Source of the DNA: Chthoniobacteraceae bacterium
Lineage (GTDB): Bacteria > Verrucomicrobiota > Verrucomicrobiia > Chthoniobacterales > Chthoniobacteraceae
Reading direction: 5' to 3'
Length of the DNA: 64,000 bases
NCBI GenBank assembly: GCA_044338075.1
Contig: JBIIMJ010000003.1
Location: 81,500 to 145,499, forward strand
Positions 45,898-56,200 of this stretch are shown in pieces (position 1 is the first letter of the stretch; each line of letters opens with the position of its first letter). Position numbers and translations under genes: made by a program. The notes under the pieces are model-generated. The model was not told the origin of the DNA. It saw only the letters and a list, made by a program, of their open reading frames with translations, and ran no database searches.

Positions 45898-46626
45898 GTG
45901 AATAATAACTCATTATTTGACCGCTTGGACGCTGTGCGCGGCCTAATGGCTGATGCCGCATCTCGTTCAGGAAGAAAAGTTGAGGAAATTTCCCTCGTCG
46001 CTGTATCGAAAACTCATCCACCCGAATCGGTGATTGAGGCGCTGGATGCGGGGCAGTTGATTTTTGGTGAAAGCCGCGTGCAGGAGGCACGTGCTAAGAT
46101 ACCGCTCATTCCGGCACGGGCACGCTGGCATTTCGTCGGGCATTTACAGAAAAATAAAATCCGCCATGCGCTGCCCTTGTTCGAGATGCTGCATGGCGTG
46201 GATTCTTTGGAGTTGGCTCGTGACATTGATCGCATCGCAGGCGAGGTCGGTGCTTTTCCGCGCGTCTTGCTGGAAGTGAACGTGGCGGGAGAAGGGACGA
46301 AGTTTGGTTTTGCGCCGGATCTTTTGCGTGCGCAGATGGAGGAGTTGCTGGCTTTGGGTCGTCTGAATATAGACGGCCTGATGTGCATTCCTCCCCCGCA
46401 GCCCAAGGCGGAAATGGCGCGCAGTTTTTTCATCGCACTCCGTGAGTTGCGGGATCGTTTGCAGACGGAGTTTCGCGTGCCCTTACCGCAGCTCTCAATG
46501 GGAATGAGCGGTGATTTCTGCGTGGCCATCGAAGAAGGGGCGACGCTCGTGCGCGTGGGGACGGCTATTTTTGGAGAGCGAAGCGGTAAGGCTTGGAAGC
46601 CGGAGGCAACCGGCTTTGATGACTAA
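45898..46626 (+). CDS. yggS: YggS-family pyridoxal-phosphate homeostasis protein
   Basis: VAVSKTHP (PLP Lys), FGESRVQEA, HFVGHLQKNK and SMGMSGDF motifs. Start placed at GTG 45898; the track uses TTG 45865. Confidence 0.85.
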   Translation: MNNNSLFDRLDAVRGLMADAASRSGRKVEEISLVAVSKTHPPESVIEALDAGQLIFGESRVQEARAKIPLIPARARWHFVGHLQKNKIRHALPLFEMLHGVDSLELARDIDRIAGEVGAFPRVLLEVNVAGEGTKFGFAPDLLRAQMEELLALGRLNIDGLMCIPPPQPKAEMARSFFIALRELRDRLQTEFRVPLPQLSMGMSGDFCVAIEEGATLVRVGTAIFGERSGKAWKPEATGFDD

Positions 46627-46932
46627 ATGAACGAGCGCCTTACTCCGAACAACATCGCCACTATTGGCAACGAACTCGCCATCGCGTGGAGCGATGGGCG
46701 TGAGACCTACATTTCTTTTGAGTCGCTCCGCCGTTCCTGCCCGTGTGCAGCGTGCTGCGGCGAACCGGATGCGCTCGGCAATGTGCTCGCGCCCGAGGTG
46801 CAGTATCAGCCCTCGAGTTTCGAGCTGCGCGGTTGGAATTTGATCGGCGGCTACGCGATCCAGCCGACGTGGGGCGATGGACACGCCACCGGGCTCTACA
46901 ATTTCACATATCTGCGCAAACTCGCCCCGTAG
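46627..46932 (+). CDS. DUF971 domain protein
   Basis: LAIAWSDGRETYISFESLRRSCPCAAC...GGYAIQPTWGDGHATGLYNFTYL is the typical DUF971 pattern. 101 aa. It starts directly after the yggS stop. Confidence 0.8.
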   Translation: MNERLTPNNIATIGNELAIAWSDGRETYISFESLRRSCPCAACCGEPDALGNVLAPEVQYQPSSFELRGWNLIGGYAIQPTWGDGHATGLYNFTYLRKLAP

Positions 46933-46936
46933 CCGA

Positions 46937-47869
46937 CTAGAGCGTCGTTCGCAGCACGCTTGTTGACGGCAGAGTTGGCGTGAGCGTGCGGTTCGTCGTC
47001 GTAGCGGGGAGCAGGAAAAAATCACCAGCTTTGAAAGTGAGTCCGCCGCAAGTGAGCGCACCACTCAGCACGGTGAAAATCGCGCAACCCTCGCTGGTGT
47101 CGGTTCGGGCGTGTTCGAGCGCCCAGTGTTCGACTTTAAAATACTCGCACTTCACGACACTTTCACCTTCGCGTTGCGCGAGAGATGGCTCGTGATCTGT
47201 GAAATCAATCGAAAGCAGCGACTCGCGCAGATGCAGCGGGCGCGGCTTTCCGTCGAGGCCGACTCGATTCCAATCAAAAACGCGGTAAGTCGTGTCACTG
47301 TTCTGCTGCATCTCTACGATAAAGCAGCCGGCACCGATGGCGTGGCAGCGTCCGCTCGGGATGAAAATTGCATCGCCCGCGTGCACAGGCAGCCGGTGCA
47401 ACAAATCCGCCGCGCGTCCTTCTTCAAGAGCCAGTTCAAATTTCGCACGCGTAGTCCCGCGCCGAAATCCCGCGAACAATTCTGCGTCAGGCTCCGAGTC
47501 GAGCAGGAACCACATTTCCGTTTTCGGTTCGCCCTTCAATTCCGCTGCCATGCTTGCTGGCGGATGCACCTGCACGCTGAGTGTCTCACGGGCATCGAGG
47601 ATTTTTGCGAGCAACGGGAATCGCGGCGAATCCGCAACAGGCCCAAAAATCGGATCACGCAGCGTCATCCAAAGTTCGTGCAGTGTTTTTCCGGCAAGAA
47701 GGCCGTTTTCCACTACGCTCTGAGCGTCCTCACGATCTACAAGTTCCCAGCTTTCTCCGATGGGCGCGCCTGCTGGGAGCGGACGCCCAAATTTCTCTGC
47801 CAGACGGCGACCACCCCAAATCCGCTCCATGTAGAGCGGGCGGAAAATGAGCGGCTGATCGAGACGCAT
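46937..47869 (-). CDS. manA: type I mannose-6-phosphate isomerase (cupin)
   Basis: YMERIWGG, GESWE, LSVQVHP and IPSGRCHAIG metal/cupin motifs. 310 aa. Confidence 0.8.
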   Translation of the reverse strand: MRLDQPLIFRPLYMERIWGGRRLAEKFGRPLPAGAPIGESWELVDREDAQSVVENGLLAGKTLHELWMTLRDPIFGPVADSPRFPLLAKILDARETLSVQVHPPASMAAELKGEPKTEMWFLLDSEPDAELFAGFRRGTTRAKFELALEEGRAADLLHRLPVHAGDAIFIPSGRCHAIGAGCFIVEMQQNSDTTYRVFDWNRVGLDGKPRPLHLRESLLSIDFTDHEPSLAQREGESVVKCEYFKVEHWALEHARTDTSEGCAIFTVLSGALTCGGLTFKAGDFFLLPATTTNRTLTPTLPSTSVLRTTL

Positions 47870-47895
47870 GGGGATTTCAGCGTAACTTGCTCAGG

Positions 47896-49275
47896 CTATT
47901 TAGCCTTGGCTGTCTTCGGCGTCTTCACATCAATTTTGCGGTAAAGCGTCGCCATGCTCACGCCCAGCATTTTCGCCGCCTTCTCGCGGTTCCCAGCGTT
48001 CGCTTTGATCGTTTCATCAATGAAGCGCCGCTCTTGTTCGTGAATGAAATCATCGAGCTTTTTACCCACCGGCATGGCCCCTCCGCTCTCGCCGATTCCA
48101 GCGCCGGACATTTTCAAAACTTGCGGCGGCAGGTCGCTGATGCGGATGATCGCATCGTCGCATAACGCACAGGCACGCTCTATGGCATTTTCCAATTCGC
48201 GCACATTTCCCGGCCATGAATAAGTCTGGAGTGCCTCGACGGCTTTCGGCTCGATCTTTACTCCAGGCCCGCCGCCAGCCGTGGTCTTTTTCAAAAAGTG
48301 CTGCACCAGCAATGGGATGTCCTCCGTGCGCTCGCGCAGTGCAGGCATCTCGATCGGGATTACCGCGAGCCGGTAGTAAAGATCCTCGCGGAATTTCCCC
48401 TCCTTCACCAATTCCAGCAGCGAGCTGTTGGTTGCTGCGAGCACGCGCACGTTGATGGGCACTGTCTTGTTGTCGCCCACGCGGCGCAGTTGGCGCTCTT
48501 GCAATACACGCAGCAGCTTGGTCTGCAACGAGAGCGCCATCGAGTTCACTTCATCGAGAAAAATGGTGCCCCGTTCCGCTTCTTCAAAGAGCCCTGCCTT
48601 GTCCGCCACCGATCCGGTGAACGCGCCTTTTTTGTGTCCGAATAATTCGGATTCGAGCAAATTTTCCGGCAGAGCGGAGCAGTTGATCGCGACGAACGGC
48701 TGGTGCTGTCGGCTGCTGTTGAAATGAAGTGCGCGTGCGACCAGCTCTTTGCCGGTGCCGCTTTCGCCCTGAATCAAAATCGTCGAGTCCGTGTCGGCAA
48801 CTTTGCGGATGAGGTGATAGACCCCGTCCATTTTTTGCGAAGTGCCGATGATATTTTCGGGATTCGTCGCACGCTTCACCACTTTTTTGAGCGTGTCCCT
48901 CTCCTTGGCCGTGTCGGTGAATTCTATCGTGTGTTTCACACGCGTCTGCATTTCGGCAATTTTGAAAGGTTTGCGGATGTAGTAACGCGCACCTTCTCCA
49001 ATGGCTTTCTCCGCGATCTCTTCGTTGCCGAAACCTGTCATCAAGATGACCTCACAATTTTCCACAGAATTTTTGATCCGCCGCAGAATTTCAAATCCGT
49101 CCACTTTACCCATCTTGATGTCCGAGATGACGAGTTGCGGTGCGATGTTCTCCAGTTGCTCCAGAGCTTTCGCGCTGTTGACGAAAGGAAACGTTTCGTG
49201 ACCGAGTTCTTTGCAGGCGGTGACGACGAGTTCGACGATGTTCGGTTCGTCGTCAATGATGACAATTTTTGCCAT
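47896..49275 (-). CDS. sigma-54-dependent response regulator (NtrC/Fis family enhancer-binding protein)
   Basis: Receiver domain (KIVIIDDEP...LVISDIKM). AAA+ domain with GESGTGKE and GAFTGS. C-terminal HTH AAKMLGVSMATLYRKI. Start at ATG 49275. Confidence 0.9.
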   Translation of the reverse strand: MAKIVIIDDEPNIVELVVTACKELGHETFPFVNSAKALEQLENIAPQLVISDIKMGKVDGFEILRRIKNSVENCEVILMTGFGNEEIAEKAIGEGARYYIRKPFKIAEMQTRVKHTIEFTDTAKERDTLKKVVKRATNPENIIGTSQKMDGVYHLIRKVADTDSTILIQGESGTGKELVARALHFNSSRQHQPFVAINCSALPENLLESELFGHKKGAFTGSVADKAGLFEEAERGTIFLDEVNSMALSLQTKLLRVLQERQLRRVGDNKTVPINVRVLAATNSSLLELVKEGKFREDLYYRLAVIPIEMPALRERTEDIPLLVQHFLKKTTAGGGPGVKIEPKAVEALQTYSWPGNVRELENAIERACALCDDAIIRISDLPPQVLKMSGAGIGESGGAMPVGKKLDDFIHEQERRFIDETIKANAGNREKAAKMLGVSMATLYRKIDVKTPKTAKAK

Positions 49276-49440
49276 GGCTGAAATGGTTGTTTGGGCTGTT
49301 TGCGATGGGGTGTCGCGGAAATGAGACTGTTTCAGAGCTGAGAAATGGAAAGGCAAAAATGCGGGAGAGAAATTCTCATTTTAGAAACCGCCGCAACAAA
49401 CCTTGAACGACATCCACCAACCTAAAGTGATACACCTGTT

Positions 49441-50463
49441 CTACTTCGAGTTAGCCCCACTAGCGCTCTTCGTTTCGGCTGGAACAGCATTCGTGTCCCC
49501 GGGTGTCTTGAGTTTTTCCAGTCCGTCTGTGAGCAGCATCTTTGAGTCTTCCCAAATACCCGGCTTGTTTGTGTGAAGAACGACTGAGATCACCTCACAC
49601 CCCTCGCACATCGCGCCACTGACGAGAACTTGCTGCGCGTGCCGGGTGAAGCCCGTCTTGATTCCTGTGCAGCCGGGCAGTTTACCGAGCAGTTTATTGT
49701 GATTGCGCAGCAGAACCTCCTCTTCGCCGCGCATCATCCGCTTTTCCAAAGTGATCACGATTTCACGGAAGGTTTCGTCCTGCATCGCTGCACGCGCGAT
49801 GGCTGCAAGGTCGCGCGCTGTAGTGAAATGGTGAGGGTCATGCAGTCCGTGGGGATTTACGAAGTGCGAGGAACTGGCACCGAGTCCCTCGGCACGCTTG
49901 TTCATTTTTTCAGCGAAAGCTTCGACGCTGCCAGCGTTGTCACGAGCCAGCGCGAGAGCCACGTCGTTCGCGCTTTTGAGCAGCAGTGCATAAAGCAAAT
50001 CACGCCGTGCGTAGCTCTCGCCGGGTTTAAATTCCAGCGCGCTGGGCTCCACTTTCGTATCTTCGATCTGGACCTCCACGAGCCTGTCGAGATCACCAGC
50101 TTCGATCACTAGAAGCGCTGTGAGGATTTTCGTGGCGCTCGCCGGATACTCCATTTCGTCCGCCTCTTTTTCGTAAAGCACCTTCCCTGTTTTCAAATCG
50201 AGACAAAGCGCGGAGCGGGCCGCGAGTGGCAGTTCGCCCGGTGCGAGCGGGGCAAGTGGCGGCAGTGGAGTTTCAGCTTTTTTAACGACAGGCTTTTTTG
50301 TCGTGGTCTTTGGAGGCGACTTTTTATGTGCGGTTTTAGAGGCAGAAGTCTTCGACGACTTGGAAGATTTTGAGGATTTCTTCGTTGCGCCAAAGCTCAT
50401 CCCGCCGAGCAGGAGCAGGGTGATGAGGATGCGGAGCATGTTATTGGGAAAGGATTTTTCCAT
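49441..50463 (-). CDS. D-alanyl-D-alanine carboxypeptidase (S11, PBP5/6-like)
   Basis: Signal peptide plus a Lys/Ser-rich linker. SxxK (ASATKILT), SxN (SAND) and KTG (KTGFT) motifs. An alternative start at ATG 50439 would remove the 23-bp overlap with the upstream gene. Confidence 0.85.
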   Translation of the reverse strand: MEKSFPNNMLRILITLLLLGGMSFGATKKSSKSSKSSKTSASKTAHKKSPPKTTTKKPVVKKAETPLPPLAPLAPGELPLAARSALCLDLKTGKVLYEKEADEMEYPASATKILTALLVIEAGDLDRLVEVQIEDTKVEPSALEFKPGESYARRDLLYALLLKSANDVALALARDNAGSVEAFAEKMNKRAEGLGASSSHFVNPHGLHDPHHFTTARDLAAIARAAMQDETFREIVITLEKRMMRGEEEVLLRNHNKLLGKLPGCTGIKTGFTRHAQQVLVSGAMCEGCEVISVVLHTNKPGIWEDSKMLLTDGLEKLKTPGDTNAVPAETKSASGANSK

Positions 50464-51658
50464 CGAGCATCATCCACGCGACAGGCTCTCGGTTTTCGAT
50501 CACTGCAGCATGGACTTCGCGCGCATTATCAGCGTGCGGTAGCGCGATCAAGTCGGCCAGCGCGCCCGGCGCAATTTTTCCCGCCTCGATTCCGAGCGCC
50601 ATTGCGCCGTTTAGCGTCGCCATTTTTAAAATCTCGGATGGATCGAGTTGTGGTTCCTGACGTGCGAGGATGCGCATTTCATCGAACATCGAGAGCGTGA
50701 GTGTGCTCGCGAGGCTGTCGGTGCCGAGGCAGACGTTCACGCCGATGTTGCGGAGTTTTGTGAGCGGAAATCGTGTGTGGCGGAAGTAGCGATGACTGCC
50801 GGGGCAATGCACGATGCTTGGTTTCTGGGGCATCGTGGCGAGCAGCGTGAAGTCCGAATCGTCCAGCTCATTCATGTGAGCAAGTAACCACCGTGGACCG
50901 AGGCGTGCGTGTGCGGCGACGTGTGCGAGTGGCGTGCGTTGCTCTTGGTTGTCGAACATCCAGCGCCCGAGCTTTTGCATGAACTCGTGCAGTTCGCCGC
51001 GTTTTTCCCGGAACATCTCCCACTCTTCACGCGACTCGGCGACGTGTGTGGTCACAGGCATTCCCAGTTTTTCCACGGTATCCGCTGTGAGTTCGTAAAG
51101 TTTACCGCTTGCGGTGTAAGGCGCGTGCGGACTCAGGCCGAAACCACCAAGCCAGTCGGGGCGCTGATCAAAAAATCCGAGTGTTCCCGCAATCGTCTCC
51201 TCGCCAGCGAGGCGATGACGGACATCAATCATTTCAAAAAACCACCAAGTGCGGATGGGCGGCGGCGGCATATCCGGGAGCAATTCGGGGAAGGATTCGA
51301 TGTTCGCCACCGTCGTCGTGCCCCATTGTTTCAACTCGGAAAAACCTTTGGCGATTGCGGTGCGATAGTCGTTGTTATCCAGACTGCGTTTGAGTGCGTT
51401 GATACGGATGATCCATTCCGTGAAAGTGCGCTGTGGATTAATCGCGCGCCGCATCATCGTGTAATCGAGATGGCAATGCGCGTTCACCAGCCCCGGCATC
51501 AGCACTTGCTCGCCTAGGTCCGTCGTTTCGCCATCGTATGCTGCGCGGATTTCATCGAAACCACCGACAGCCGCTATCCGATTTCCGACAATTGCGACTG
51601 CGCCATCCTCGATGGGCGCACCGGTGTTTGTGATGACGGTGCGAGCCCGGAGAATCAT
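50441..51658 (-). CDS. amidohydrolase-superfamily deaminase/chlorohydrolase-like protein (MtaD/SsnA/aminofutalosine-deaminase-like)
   Basis: HxH metal motif in MPGLVNAHCHLDYT, plus THVAES and LGTDS motifs. 405 aa. The substrate cannot be assigned from sequence alone. Confidence 0.8.
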   Translation of the reverse strand: MILRARTVITNTGAPIEDGAVAIVGNRIAAVGGFDEIRAAYDGETTDLGEQVLMPGLVNAHCHLDYTMMRRAINPQRTFTEWIIRINALKRSLDNNDYRTAIAKGFSELKQWGTTTVANIESFPELLPDMPPPPIRTWWFFEMIDVRHRLAGEETIAGTLGFFDQRPDWLGGFGLSPHAPYTASGKLYELTADTVEKLGMPVTTHVAESREEWEMFREKRGELHEFMQKLGRWMFDNQEQRTPLAHVAAHARLGPRWLLAHMNELDDSDFTLLATMPQKPSIVHCPGSHRYFRHTRFPLTKLRNIGVNVCLGTDSLASTLTLSMFDEMRILARQEPQLDPSEILKMATLNGAMALGIEAGKIAPGALADLIALPHADNAREVHAAVIENREPVAWMMLDGKILSQ

Positions 51659-52284
51659 CCTTCTTTTGGCTCCCCCTTCACCACTTTCCTAGCGCCTGCC
51701 ACAAGAATATTGCAGGCTTCGTGGCAAAGAAGCGGCCATTCATTTTGACCGCGCACGGTAAATTTCTCAGCAGGCAGTGAGTTCACCGGCAATTCCTCCG
51801 AGATGCGCCAGAGAATTATTTTCAAACATCCGCCATCGCATCGGCACGAGTCAGCGATGAGTGACTGCGCTTGTTCGTCGGTGAGTTTTTGAGTCACGCG
51901 ATACATCCCCGTCTGTCGTGCGAGCGTATCGCGCAAATTTACGGGAGTTAGTTCGCCGCGTTCGCGTGCGAGCTGCACGCCGATCATTGCCGGGTAGAAG
52001 GCATCCAGCGCGCTGTGCACTGTCGCAACATCCGGCAACACAAGCCGCCAGCCGTGGCGAAGATTCGGCGCGGTTTTCAGCGCACGGTAGGCACCGGCGT
52101 CATCGAGGTTCGCGAGTTGGCGGGCGTCGGCAGTTATTGTGTAAAGACACAGGTCCTCGCGCCCTACATCGTCTATGTGCCGCAGTTCCCAGCCATCGGC
52201 TGATTTTGCGATGGTGATTTGCCCGATTTGTCGTCCGCCTTTATCGAGCCAGTCGGCGAGTGCTGCGTTTGTATCCATCATCAC
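51655..52284 (-). CDS. DR2241-family Cys-rich protein (CbiX-associated)
   Basis: WELRHIDD...YRALKTAPNLRHGWRL...CRCDGGCLK...LLCHEACN pattern, as I recall it for DR2241-type proteins. 4-bp overlaps with cbiX upstream and the amidohydrolase downstream. Confidence 0.65.
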   Translation of the reverse strand: MMMDTNAALADWLDKGGRQIGQITIAKSADGWELRHIDDVGREDLCLYTITADARQLANLDDAGAYRALKTAPNLRHGWRLVLPDVATVHSALDAFYPAMIGVQLARERGELTPVNLRDTLARQTGMYRVTQKLTDEQAQSLIADSCRCDGGCLKIILWRISEELPVNSLPAEKFTVRGQNEWPLLCHEACNILVAGARKVVKGEPKEG

Positions 52285-53090
52285 GCCGCTGCGGCGTCGA
52301 ACGCCGCCACCTGATCCAAAATGACCTCCGCAAATCCTTCCTCGGTGCCAATCGAGTTTGCGTAAAAAAGCGTCCGCCCGCGCAGGCGATACGGGTTTTG
52401 CGCAAAGACTCCTGCGCCAGTCGCACTCGCAGCACCAGGCGATGTGCTGGCGATGCCGAGTAGAACCGGGATGTCCTCATAGCTGTGCAATCCATCGGCG
52501 ATGAAGAAAGGCACCACGACCACATTGGGCTGAGTCGAAAGCTCGTCCCATTTAGCAATGAACGGGGCCTCCTCCATATAAGCGGCAATCACCTCGCCAA
52601 AAATTCCGAGCGCGCGGATGCGTTCGACTTCGCGTTTCGCCGCCACGGCGGAGTTGTCATTCAGCCCGGTGCCATGCCCGACGATGAAAAGGCTCGTCTC
52701 TTTCGGCGACACGCCGGGCGCGACCGCTGCCGCGCGTTTCAAAAGCAAATCCGTCATGCGCTCGTGGCTCCCGACTGGCGCGCAATATTTCACCGTGCGT
52801 CCGGCGACATTCGTTTGTGGGCCGTCGAGACCGAGTTCGCGCGGGATCACCGTCTGCGTGAAATATCCTTCGCTGATGAAATTCGGCACCACGTAAATCT
52901 CGCGCTTGTTCACGCAGTGTAGCACTTGGCGCAGACTCGGCTCTTCTTTCCAAAATGCGCAGTGCACTTCGCCGAAGGCACCGAGTTGCGCGATGGCGTC
53001 CGCATGCCCCCACGTTGGCCCGCTGCTGTCGGGATTCAGTGTGGAGCCGTGGCCCACGATGACGAGTGCGCTGTCCGGTTTAGAAAACAT
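52281..53090 (-). CDS. cbiX: sirohydrochlorin chelatase CbiX/SirB, two-domain form
   Basis: Two tandem CbiX halves, each beginning with a xxIVGHG(S/T) strand (ALVIVGHGS, SLFIVGHGT). 269 aa. Confidence 0.8.
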   Translation of the reverse strand: MFSKPDSALVIVGHGSTLNPDSSGPTWGHADAIAQLGAFGEVHCAFWKEEPSLRQVLHCVNKREIYVVPNFISEGYFTQTVIPRELGLDGPQTNVAGRTVKYCAPVGSHERMTDLLLKRAAAVAPGVSPKETSLFIVGHGTGLNDNSAVAAKREVERIRALGIFGEVIAAYMEEAPFIAKWDELSTQPNVVVVPFFIADGLHSYEDIPVLLGIASTSPGAASATGAGVFAQNPYRLRGRTLFYANSIGTEEGFAEVILDQVAAFDAAAA

Positions 53091-53228
53091 GGAAGCAGAT
53101 CGCTACGCACAGAGTCGCAAGCTGTCGAACGGTTTTCCTCTCCATGTCGCTTCTGATGTGAGCGCAGCAGGCATCGCCCCTGCTTTAGCCACTGCTTCGA
53201 AAGATCCAAATCAGCCCATTTACCTGCC

Positions 53229-56200
53229 ATGAAACGCCCTATCCGCTCTTCCATCGAACCGCTCGAATCCCGCATCGCGCCAGCAATTCTCGTCAACGGC
53301 CCCAATCTTCTCGGCACCGGAAATCCGGCCACCGGCGAAATGTCACTGGGCGATAACAGCGTTACACTCGTCAAGGTTCTCGCCGGTCAGGTTATCGTTT
53401 GGTATCAGGACGGGAATATCGCCAGCGTGTCTTTTGGTCAGGGTGCAAATTTTCAGATCACGGGTGATGTGCTGGGTGACATCGTGGGCAATCTCGGGCC
53501 GGATGGACGGCTGAGCGATTCGGATGGCGATCCCGTCAACGGCGAAGACGGAAATATCCTTCTCCCGAATGATCTCGCCGGATTGAAAACCACACAATTC
53601 GCGACACAGAAAGGTGGATTCCGCTATTTGATCACCGGCGGCTCGGCGGCAAATTTGAATATCAACGGGCAAATCGAAGGCATCTATACAGGCGACGGCG
53701 TATTTGATGCAGAGTCCGACGCGCTGAACGCAGGGAATGTGGTGAGCAGCATCGGCTTCGATGTGAATCCGCTCACTGCCGGAATACAGAATGAATTCAC
53801 CTTCACAAAAACGAGCGCGTTGATGAAGGCTGGTGCCGGTTTAAAAAATGCCGTCATCGGGATTGGCAAGGAGCTGGAAATTTTTACAGGAGGAGGAAAC
53901 CCGAGCGGTGCCGCGCCTGATCCGCTCAAGGCCGGCGCACCCGGCGGCGATATCACCAATATCACGATCAAGAGCGCATTTCTGGATTCCCAGAGCAACG
54001 GCAGCACACCGAGCTATTATCTCAAGACCGGCAGCGGCGCTGATGGAAAAACGGGCGGCAAGGGTGGCGACATCGCGACCGTGGTGGAGGAAAGCTCGGT
54101 CGGTAATGTTTTTTTCACTGCGGGAAATGGCGGCGCTGGCAGTGGTGGAAAAGGCGGCAATGGCGGCTCGTTGCGCCTGCTCGAAATGCGCAGCGACAGC
54201 ACGCGCTACGAATTCCACGCCGGCAACGGCGGCAACGGTGCGCCTGCGGGTGCGGGTGGCAGCCTTATCACGAGCAACTTTACGAATCTCACCACGACGG
54301 GCGGCATCATCCGCTCTGCGGATTTCACCGGCGACGGCGTGGATGATTTGCTCATCGTGGACACGGCCACCGGCAAAATGGTGATCATGAAGAACGATGG
54401 CACGGGCACGAATTTCACGCCGATTGTTCAGCACGTTGAGAATAACGTAGACGAAATTTTCATTACTCCATCCGGATCGACGCCGTCCGATGTCGCGATC
54501 GCCGACATGGATCACGACGGAAAACTCGACATCTACGTCTCCTACAAAAACGACAACAGCGTTGGCATCTTCAACAATCAGGGTGGAGGGAGTTTTTTTA
54601 ACACAATCGTCGGCACTTACAGCGTGCAGAAATTTAATTACCTCTTCACGCCGTCCTTCATTATTCCTGCGGAATTCGGTGGCAGCAGCGGGCTGGATTA
54701 TATGCTCGTCGAAGTGCGTCCGGGTAAAACGATTGTGCATCAAGTTGTCTCGATTTTGTCCGTCGACCTCAGCAGTGAAATCTGGGAGGTCGGCGCAGAT
54801 CTCGGTATCTATCCATCGGAAGCTACAACCATCGCTTACGGAAACGATCCGAGAAACCTCAACGTATTCATTGGCTTCAAGGACGGGCACGTTGGGAGCA
54901 TCCGCGGTGGTGCATTGCTGCTCTACGATACCGGTCTAGCAGTCCCTGGCGGCGTGGGCCAGCTCGCCTTGGATTTCGGCGAGCAGGTGCTGGCGGCGGT
55001 GGGTTCGAGTGGGCGCGACCTGCGTGTTTTTAATGTCAGCGGAACAGATCTGGTAACACTCAACGCCCCTGCTCTACCCGCCACCGGCAAAGCAACGGTC
55101 GTGCACTTCACGCACGACGCAGATGCGTCCACGCCGGACGGACTCTCCGTGCTGTTCAGCAGCGGCGGCAGCTCGCGCATTGACCAATTCAGCGTCACCA
55201 GTGGTCCTGATCCCCTGAATCCCGCGCTTACGTGGAGCGCACCGCTCAGCCTTGCGTCGCTGAATCCGTTGAAAAATTTTGTGACAGTGAATGCATCGGA
55301 TGCGTTCCAGGGCTACGCGGCACTCGGTGCCGCGCTGAATCAGGTTTCATTCAGTCTGAATGGTGCGGACTTCGCGGATTTCTCGCTACCTTTCACAGGC
55401 AAGCGCGTGTTCCTCTTTGGTGGTGATGGTGGCACAGGCATTGATGTGGGAACCCTCGCTGGCAAAGGCGGCGCGGGCGGTAGCATCATCGGCCTGAATG
55501 CAATTGCGACCGATGTGAGCTTGACAGCGGGCCAGGGTGGCGACGCGAACAATGGCGGCGGTGGTGCAGGCGGCAGCGTGACGAATCAGGCAACGCTCAT
55601 CACGCCTTCGGGTCAGCTTGTGGTTCCCAAAGTCGAGGCGGAGACCACGCTCGTTTTAATCGCCGGTAATGGCGGATCTCCGTTGGGAACAGGGGGCAAG
55701 ACGGCGTCTGGTGGCGCAGGTGGTGGAATCAACGGAATGACTGCCTCGCTAAAAACGGGTGAACTCAGCGTCACTGCGGGCGTGGGCGGAAACGGCAAAG
55801 GTGCCGTTGGCGGTGCTGGTGGCAGCGTGAGCGGTGGCACGTTTTTCGACAAAGGCGGCAATCTTATCGTCACGGCTGGTGATGGTGGCGACGCGACCGT
55901 TGGTAAATTTGCGGGCGGCGCGGGAGGCAGCATTCTGGGTCTGAAATACACGCTCCTTAGCGATGACGACGCCGAACAAATCGAATCCAATTACTCCGCC
56001 GAAATCACCGCAGGAAATGGCGGCGACTCGACGGGAGGTGCGGGCGGCGCAGGCGGCTTTGCACAAAACACCACGATCGTCGTGGATCCGCCGGATCGCT
56101 CCTACGAAAACCCGCTGGCAGCACCGCCCAAAACGGATGCCCACGTGGACAGCACATTCCGCTTTTCACTCACAACGGGCGACGGTGGAAACGGCATCGT

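Noticed and set aside
53091-53228. Possible cobalamin riboswitch upstream of cbiX
   Set aside because: The spacer is only 138 bp and is shared with the divergent giant gene. I could not find a B12-box-like element or the expected conserved stems.
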